Assembly: GCA_963749655.1 (NCBI GenBank)
Contig: CAVVOB010000038.1
Location: forward strand, 96,001-160,000
Length of the DNA: 64,000 nt
DNA from: Nitrospirota bacterium
GTDB taxonomy: Bacteria; Nitrospirota; UBA9217
Direction: 5' to 3'
The position numbers were made by a program, and so were the translations under genes. Under the pieces are notes generated by a model. The model did not search any database and had not been told where the DNA came from. It saw only the letters and a list, made by a program, of their open reading frames with translations. Positions 58,295 through 64,000 of this stretch are shown one piece after another (the first letter of the stretch is position 1; each line of letters starts with the position of its first letter).

Positions 58295-60752
58295 ATGGAC
58301 ATCAAGGACCGGGAAGTCCCGCTACCCGAGCTTCGCCACGTCTGCGACCCCGCTGAATTTGCCTTTCAAACCACCGACGAGCTTGCGCTCAAGGATGAAG
58401 TGATCGGACAGGCGCGCGCCGTCAAGGCCATCGAGTTCGGCCTCTCCATCAGGAACCACGGGTACAACATCTTCGTGTCCGGCATCCCGGGAACGGGCAG
58501 GAACTCCATCGTCAGGTCCATTGTGAAGCGCATCTCCCTTGAACGACCCGTGCCGGATGATTGGTGTTACGTCAACAATTTCAAGGACCCCGACCGGCCG
58601 AAGGCGGTAAAGCTGCCGCCGGGCAAGGGACGGGAGTTCCGGAACGACGTGGAGAAGTTCATCGAGTTCATGCAGAGCGAGATCCCCAAGGTCTTCGAGT
58701 CCAAGGAATACGAAGAGCAGAAATCGCGCATCCTGGAAGAAACGGAAAAGGCCAAGGAGGCCTTGTTCGAAGACGCCGGCAAGCGCGCGCTCGAATTCGG
58801 GTTCCAGCTCACGATCACGCGCACGGGCATCGTCAAGGTCCCCTTGTGGAAGGGGAAGCCGCTCACCCCGCAGGAGCTGGAGGCGCTTACGGCCGAACAG
58901 CGGCTCGAGCTGGAAGAGCCACGAAAAGAAGGTGGATACCGGGATCCGCGATTTTCTCGCCAAGGCGCGCCAGCTCGACAAGGAAGCGCACGAGAAGATC
59001 CACGAGCTGAACCGCCGCATCGCCCATTTTTCCATGGGCCATCAGCTGGAGGACCTGAAGGAAAAGTACGGCGTCAACCCCCGCATTCCCGAGTTCCTCG
59101 CCGAAGTGCAGGAGGACATCCTCGGAAGCCTCCGCGAGTTCCTGGGCCAGACCCAGGAAATGCCCTTCCAGGTCGAAGGCATGGACAAGGGAAGTTTTGT
59201 CGAACGCTACAAGGTGAACCTCATCGTGGACAACGCGGAGACCAAGGGCGGCCCGATCATCGAGGAGTCGAACCCGACGTACAACAATATCGTGGGCCGC
59301 ATCGAGCGCAAGGCGCGCTTCGGCGCGTTTTTTACCAACTTCACCATGGTCCGGTCGGGGTCCCTTCTGCAGGCGAACGGCGGCTATCTGATCCTGAACG
59401 CCCTTGACGTTCTGAGGAGCCCCTTCTCCTGGGACGCCCTGAAGCGGGTCATCAAGAAGAGCGAGGTGAAGATCGAGGACATATACGAGCTTTACGGCTA
59501 CAGCACCGGCGGCATCAAACCCGAACCCATTCCTGTTTCGCTCAAGATCATCATGCTCGGCAGTCCCTGGCTGTACTACCTTCTCCACAACTACGACGAG
59601 GACTTCCGGGACATCTTCAAGGTCAAATCGGATTTCGACACGCAGACCGCAAGCTCCACCGACGAGAAGACGCGCTACGCGAACTTCATCGCGAACATGG
59701 TAAAGCAGGACGGGCTCCTGCCGTTCGAACGGACGGCGGTTGCCGGCGTCGTGGAGCATGCGTCCCGCCTCGCCGAGAAGCAGAACAAGCTGTCGCTCCG
59801 CTTCGGCGACCTCTCGGACCTGGTGCGTGAGTCGTCCTTCTGGGCCGCGAAGGCCGGGAGCCGAACGGTTTCCGCCGAGCATGTGGAAAAGGCCCTTGAG
59901 GAAAAGATCTTCCGGGCGAACCTGTTCGACGAACGCATCCAGGAGATGTTCAACGAAGGCACGCTCATGGTCGACGTGTCGGGCTCCGTCGTCGCCCAGG
60001 TGAACGGGTTGTCCGTGTACGACATCGGCGATTTCATGTTCGGCAAACCATCGCGCATCACGAGCCGCGTGTACCTCGGCAAATCAGGCGTTGTCGCCAT
60101 CGAGCGCGAGGCAAAGCTCTCCGGCCGCATCTACAACAAGGCCGTGCTGATCCTGTCGGGTTATCTGGGAGGCGTTTACGCGCAGGACAAGACCCTGTCG
60201 GTCTCGGCGACCCTTGCCTTCGAGCAGAGCTACGGCGAGATAGAAGGCGACAGCGCCTCGGCGGCGGAGCTGATCGCGCTCTTGTCCGGGATAGCGGACG
60301 TGCCGGTCAGGCAGGACCTTGCCATCACCGGATCGATCAACCAGAAAGGCGAGATCCAGCCCATCGGCGGGGTGAACGAGAAGATCGAGGGGTTCTTTGC
60401 CGTCTGCAAGAACCGGGGCCTCACCGGCGACCAGGGTGTGATCATTCCCGCCGTCAATGTCAAAAACCTGATGCTCAAGAAGGAAGTCGTCACTGCGGTG
60501 AAGGAAGGGAAGTTCCGGGTCTATTCGGTCAAGACCGTGAACGAGGCGATCGAGATCCTGACAGGAATTCCCGCTGGCGAAAGGAAAGAGAACGGCGCCT
60601 GGCCCGAAGGCAGCTTCAGTTTCCTCGTGGACAAGCGGCTGAAGGACATGGCCAGGAAAATGAAGGCGGACGACAAGGGCGAGGAGAAGAAGGAAAAGCA
60701 GGAAGAGAACAACGGCGCGCCGCAGAAGAAGGAAACGGTGCCGGGAGGGTAG
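58295..60752 (+). CDS. Lon-like (LonB/LonC-type) AAA protease; +1 frameshift near 58920
   Basis: IGQARA, GYNIF..GIPGTGR, DWCYVNNF, ANGGYL, QVNGL, FEQSYGEIEGDSAS, PIGGVNEKIEGF. Confidence 0.92.
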
Positions 60753-60858
60753 GGAAGGAGAAGGCAGTGAGAGTCAGAAGTCAGTATCCAGCAAGCAGCA
60801 AAAAATGACAAAGATAAAACACGGCCCCCGGATGCCGGAGGCCGTGCAAATAGACTCA

Positions 60859-61404
60859 TTACCGGCCGTAGTACGAAATCATTCCTGCTTTGGCAACGGC
60901 ATGGCTGTTCAGCATGAATCCCACCAGCGCGGCACCCGCCTTTTCGTCCAGTTCGAGCTTCGGAACATCGAGAGCATAGAGCGTGAATATATAGCGGTGG
61001 GGCTTGTCGCCTGTCGGCGGACAGGCTCCGCCGAAACCCGGCTTGCCGTAGTCGGTCATGCTCTGGACGCTTCCCGCAGGGGCGAGTTTTTTCTGCGGAT
61101 CGCCTGCATCGGCCTTGAGCTCGGTCACGTTCGCGGGGATGTTGAAGATCACCCAATGCCACCAGCCGCTGCCGGTCGGCGCATCAGGGTCGTAGACGGT
61201 CAGGGCAAAGCTTTTTGCATTTTTCGGCGGATTGACCCATTTGAGGGACGGCGATATGTTCTTTCCCGTGCAGCCGAAACTCGAATAGACCTGGTCGATG
61301 GTAAGCTGGCCTCCGATCTGGTCGCTCTGGAGCGTGAATTCCTGCGCGCTTCCGATGCCTGCGAAAATCAGAAGCATCAAGCCTGCTAATAATACTTTCC
61401 TCAT
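60859..61404 (-). CDS. YbhB/YbcL (PEBP) family periplasmic protein
   Basis: GCTGKNISP, YDPDAPTGSGWWHW, GACPP..HRYIFTLYAL. Confidence 0.93.
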   Translation of the reverse strand: MRKVLLAGLMLLIFAGIGSAQEFTLQSDQIGGQLTIDQVYSSFGCTGKNISPSLKWVNPPKNAKSFALTVYDPDAPTGSGWWHWVIFNIPANVTELKADAGDPQKKLAPAGSVQSMTDYGKPGFGGACPPTGDKPHRYIFTLYALDVPKLELDEKAGAALVGFMLNSHAVAKAGMISYYGR

Positions 61405-61988
61405 GTCCTTTCTCCTTTCGTTCTTCTTCATTGATGGTTGCTGCTTTCGGTATGATGAACTCCGGAAAATCTTGAATCATTATACCATAGGTCGGAAATG
61501 CGTTGTTCCAGGTGGAGGCAGCGTTTGAAGATCGCAAAGGTCTGATCTCAGCAATTTACAGCGAGAGGATCAAACATCGTTTCTTTGTAGAGCGACAGCA
61601 ACAGAACTGACGACAGTAAAACATCGTTTCTTGGCATTTCTGCTAAATCGAGATTCGAATTCTCATAAATGCCAAGACCGGCACGGAACCATATCGAGCA
61701 AAAACAACATGTTCTCTTTTGGCATCGCGGATGCAGCAAAAGAGTAAGCTACAAACCCGTATGCGTTTGAGGACCTTTTGCCGCGAGGGAAGGGTCCAGG
61801 AAAGTGCATACGGGGAATTTTTTATGCATATAGTTTCAAGGATTAGCAACTATGCATCAATCTGGCCGGTTGTTTTTGCGAGGTCACATCCCGATGATCA
61901 CCGGTTGTTCTATTTCTGCGAAAGGAGGTCGGTGTCTGTTTCACGTTTCTGTCATCCAGCGGCTCAACTCTCAAGGAGGCATTCGCGT

Positions 61989-63419
61989 ATGAAAAAGAGT
62001 TTTTTGTTCCTCGTTTCGCTGTTTCTTCTGGCTGCGGGTACTGCAGCGGCGGCCGATGACGCTTCATGGCTCGAGATCGGCGGCGATTATCAGTTCAGGT
62101 TTGATTCTTTGAAGGGCAAGGTTCACGAGTACTATAACTTTTCCGATGTCCTGCCCTGGCAGCTCAGCGGCATGACGACCCCGCCGCCGGCAACCGTAAA
62201 AAGCTACGACGTGAAGAACGACTCGCTCATGACGAACCGGTTCGGAGTCAACCTGAAAGCGAACGCCCTCGAGAACGTCACGGTCAAGGCGCGCTTCGTC
62301 ATGTACAAAGTGTGGGGCCACGAAACATCGGAGCCTGTGGACGGAAACTTCTTCGCCGACCGCGCCACGGGGCCGAACGACGGGACCGTGGGCCATATCC
62401 CCCAGGACGACACGCTGCGCGTGGACTATGCCTATGCCACGTGGAGCAATATCAACGAGCTGCCGCTGTGGTTTTCCGTAGGCAGGCGGCCCACCACGGG
62501 CGGCATTCCACTCAACATCAGGGACAACACCGAGAAGGTCGGCACTGCCGGCGTTCCCGGCATCCTCGTGGACTACGCTTTCGACGGCGCGACCCTGGGC
62601 TACGCCCCGGATATTGCTGCGCTGCCGGGTGCGTATACCAAGCTGTGCTACGGCAAGGGGTTCGACAGCGGCTATGTAACCACGGCCGCCTCTTCGCTCA
62701 AGGACACGGAATTTTACGGCATCAATGTCGCGTTCTACGATACGGAAGCCCTGCATGCGCAGGTGCAGTATCAGCGAGGCGCGAACATTTTCGACGCTCC
62801 TTCCGACGGCAGCACGCAGACGGGGCCTGTTCGCCACAATCTCGGGGACATCGATTGGGTCGGCGGCGTGGTGATGGGGAAGGTGAGCAGCTTCAATCTG
62901 TTCTTCTCAGCGGCCCAGAGCGTGACCCACCCCAATGACCAGTTGTTCCAGGTCGATACGAATGGAGACGGTGTTCCTGATACGGGAGTTGCCGGCCTTC
63001 TGTACGACGCAGGCAGCTCGGCCGAAAGCCGCAGCGGCACGGCCATCTATGTCGGAGGCAGGTACGACATAGACTCCACGGGAACAAAGATCGGCGTCGA
63101 ATACAACCAGGGATCAAAGTACTGGATCGGCATGGTTCCCGCATCGGAGGACGTCTGGACGAGCAAGCTCGGCACCCGCGGCAGCGTGTATGAGATCTAT
63201 ATCATCCAGGAGATCAAGAGCAACCCCGTCTCCAAGAAAGGGAAGGCGTTCTTCAAACTGGGCTACCAGGACTACAAGTTCGACTACACCGGCAGCAACG
63301 GCTGGGTAGGCGCGCCGCAGAAAGTGTCCAGCCTCGCGTCGAGCCCTGCCTATGCACAGATGTTTGCGCCGATCGAGAGGGCGAGCGATCTTTATGCTAC
63401 ATTTGAAGTACGGTTCTAG
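61989..63419 (+). CDS. Outer-membrane beta-barrel (DUF3373-like porin)
   Basis: Signal peptide from ATG 61989, GGDYQFRFD, SVGRRPTTGG, GSKYW, SKLGTRG, C-terminal FEVRF. Confidence 0.8.
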   Translation: MKKSFLFLVSLFLLAAGTAAAADDASWLEIGGDYQFRFDSLKGKVHEYYNFSDVLPWQLSGMTTPPPATVKSYDVKNDSLMTNRFGVNLKANALENVTVKARFVMYKVWGHETSEPVDGNFFADRATGPNDGTVGHIPQDDTLRVDYAYATWSNINELPLWFSVGRRPTTGGIPLNIRDNTEKVGTAGVPGILVDYAFDGATLGYAPDIAALPGAYTKLCYGKGFDSGYVTTAASSLKDTEFYGINVAFYDTEALHAQVQYQRGANIFDAPSDGSTQTGPVRHNLGDIDWVGGVVMGKVSSFNLFFSAAQSVTHPNDQLFQVDTNGDGVPDTGVAGLLYDAGSSAESRSGTAIYVGGRYDIDSTGTKIGVEYNQGSKYWIGMVPASEDVWTSKLGTRGSVYEIYIIQEIKSNPVSKKGKAFFKLGYQDYKFDYTGSNGWVGAPQKVSSLASSPAYAQMFAPIERASDLYATFEVRF

Positions 63420-63628
63420 AACGCACAGGGGGGTGTCCGAAGGATTACGTTCAACGGGATTGAACGATCGTGCAAAAAAGTGCAGTGAAAACGAGAGAAC
63501 CGACAGGAAACATAGAAGAGGGCACGGAGACATACATAAAACATCGGAACACAAAGGCATGGTTTTTGTAAAATAATCTCTGTGAGCTCTGTGGTTGAAT
63601 TTTGACAATACGGAAAGGAGGGCAATAT

Positions 63629-64000
63629 ATGAAAACAGGGAGAACAGCGGTCGTCCTTGTCTTTCTCGCTCTGCTGATCGCCGCGCTTGGTCCATGGCGC
63701 AGCTTCGCAGCCGAGGTGAAGAAAGCGACGAGCATCGACGAGCTGGCGAAGATGTACGATTCCACGGGATGCAAAAACTGTCACGAAGGCATCTACAACG
63801 ACTGGGAGCAGTCGATCCATTCCCGGTCCATTTTCGGGACCGGCAGGACGGCCGCGACGATCAAGACCACCGTTGCCGTGGGCCTCACGGGATGGCAGTA
63901 CTCGGGCGTGAAGAAGCCCGAAGACGTCACGGTCAAACACCTCATGATCTGCACCAAGTGCCATCTTCCGCAGCTGGCCGAAGCTACGGACGACGTAGCA
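63629..64000 (+). CDS. Multiheme cytochrome c (3' truncated by window edge; not in the ORF track)
   Basis: RBS AGGAGG, signal peptide, CKNCH..IYNDWEQSIH, CTKCH. Confidence 0.85.
   Translation, partial: MKTGRTAVVLVFLALLIAALGPWRSFAAEVKKATSIDELAKMYDSTGCKNCHEGIYNDWEQSIHSRSIFGTGRTAATIKTTVAVGLTGWQYSGVKKPEDVTVKHLMICTKCHLPQLAEATDDVA

Noticed and set aside
61719-61988. 90-aa N-terminal extension of the porin ORF
   Set aside because: The signal peptide and GGAGG RBS point to ATG 61989.

Overview
64 kb of a GC-rich bacterial chromosome. The gene content suggests an anaerobic or microaerobic Nitrospirota- or Desulfobacterota-like organism (inference only). Left to right: (1) a partial GGDEF-EAL gene, then the housekeeping run pheA-hisC-aroF-tyrA-aroA-(HEAT)-cmk-ispH-rpsA-sppA-ihf; (2) a minus-strand Hmc/Hyb-like respiratory cluster with cytochrome c3, a Fe-S protein, NrfD, a 13-heme cytochrome, cytochrome b, four paralogous small membrane proteins and a heme-motif two-component system; (3) an alternative complex III/Qrc-like operon and mltA; (4) a complete chromosomal integron at about 38.7-54.6 kb; (5) a MalT/BTAD regulator, a Lon-like protease, YbhB, and the start of a porin-cytochrome pair. 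The integron has a long intI behind a consensus promoter containing a GAAC-N4-GTTC box, plus attI, Pc and nine attC-type sites. Two structures stand out. First, a 133-bp gene-less cassette with non-canonical GAT/AAT cores whose body is an inverted copy of its own circular junction, giving a 32-bp hairpin that exists only in the excised circle. Second, three 1,789-bp IS1182-family copies inserted exactly at the AAC/GTT crossover triplet of attC sites, which they duplicate and regenerate. About ten single-base frameshifts in unrelated genes suggest residual long-read errors, so pseudogene calls are provisional.
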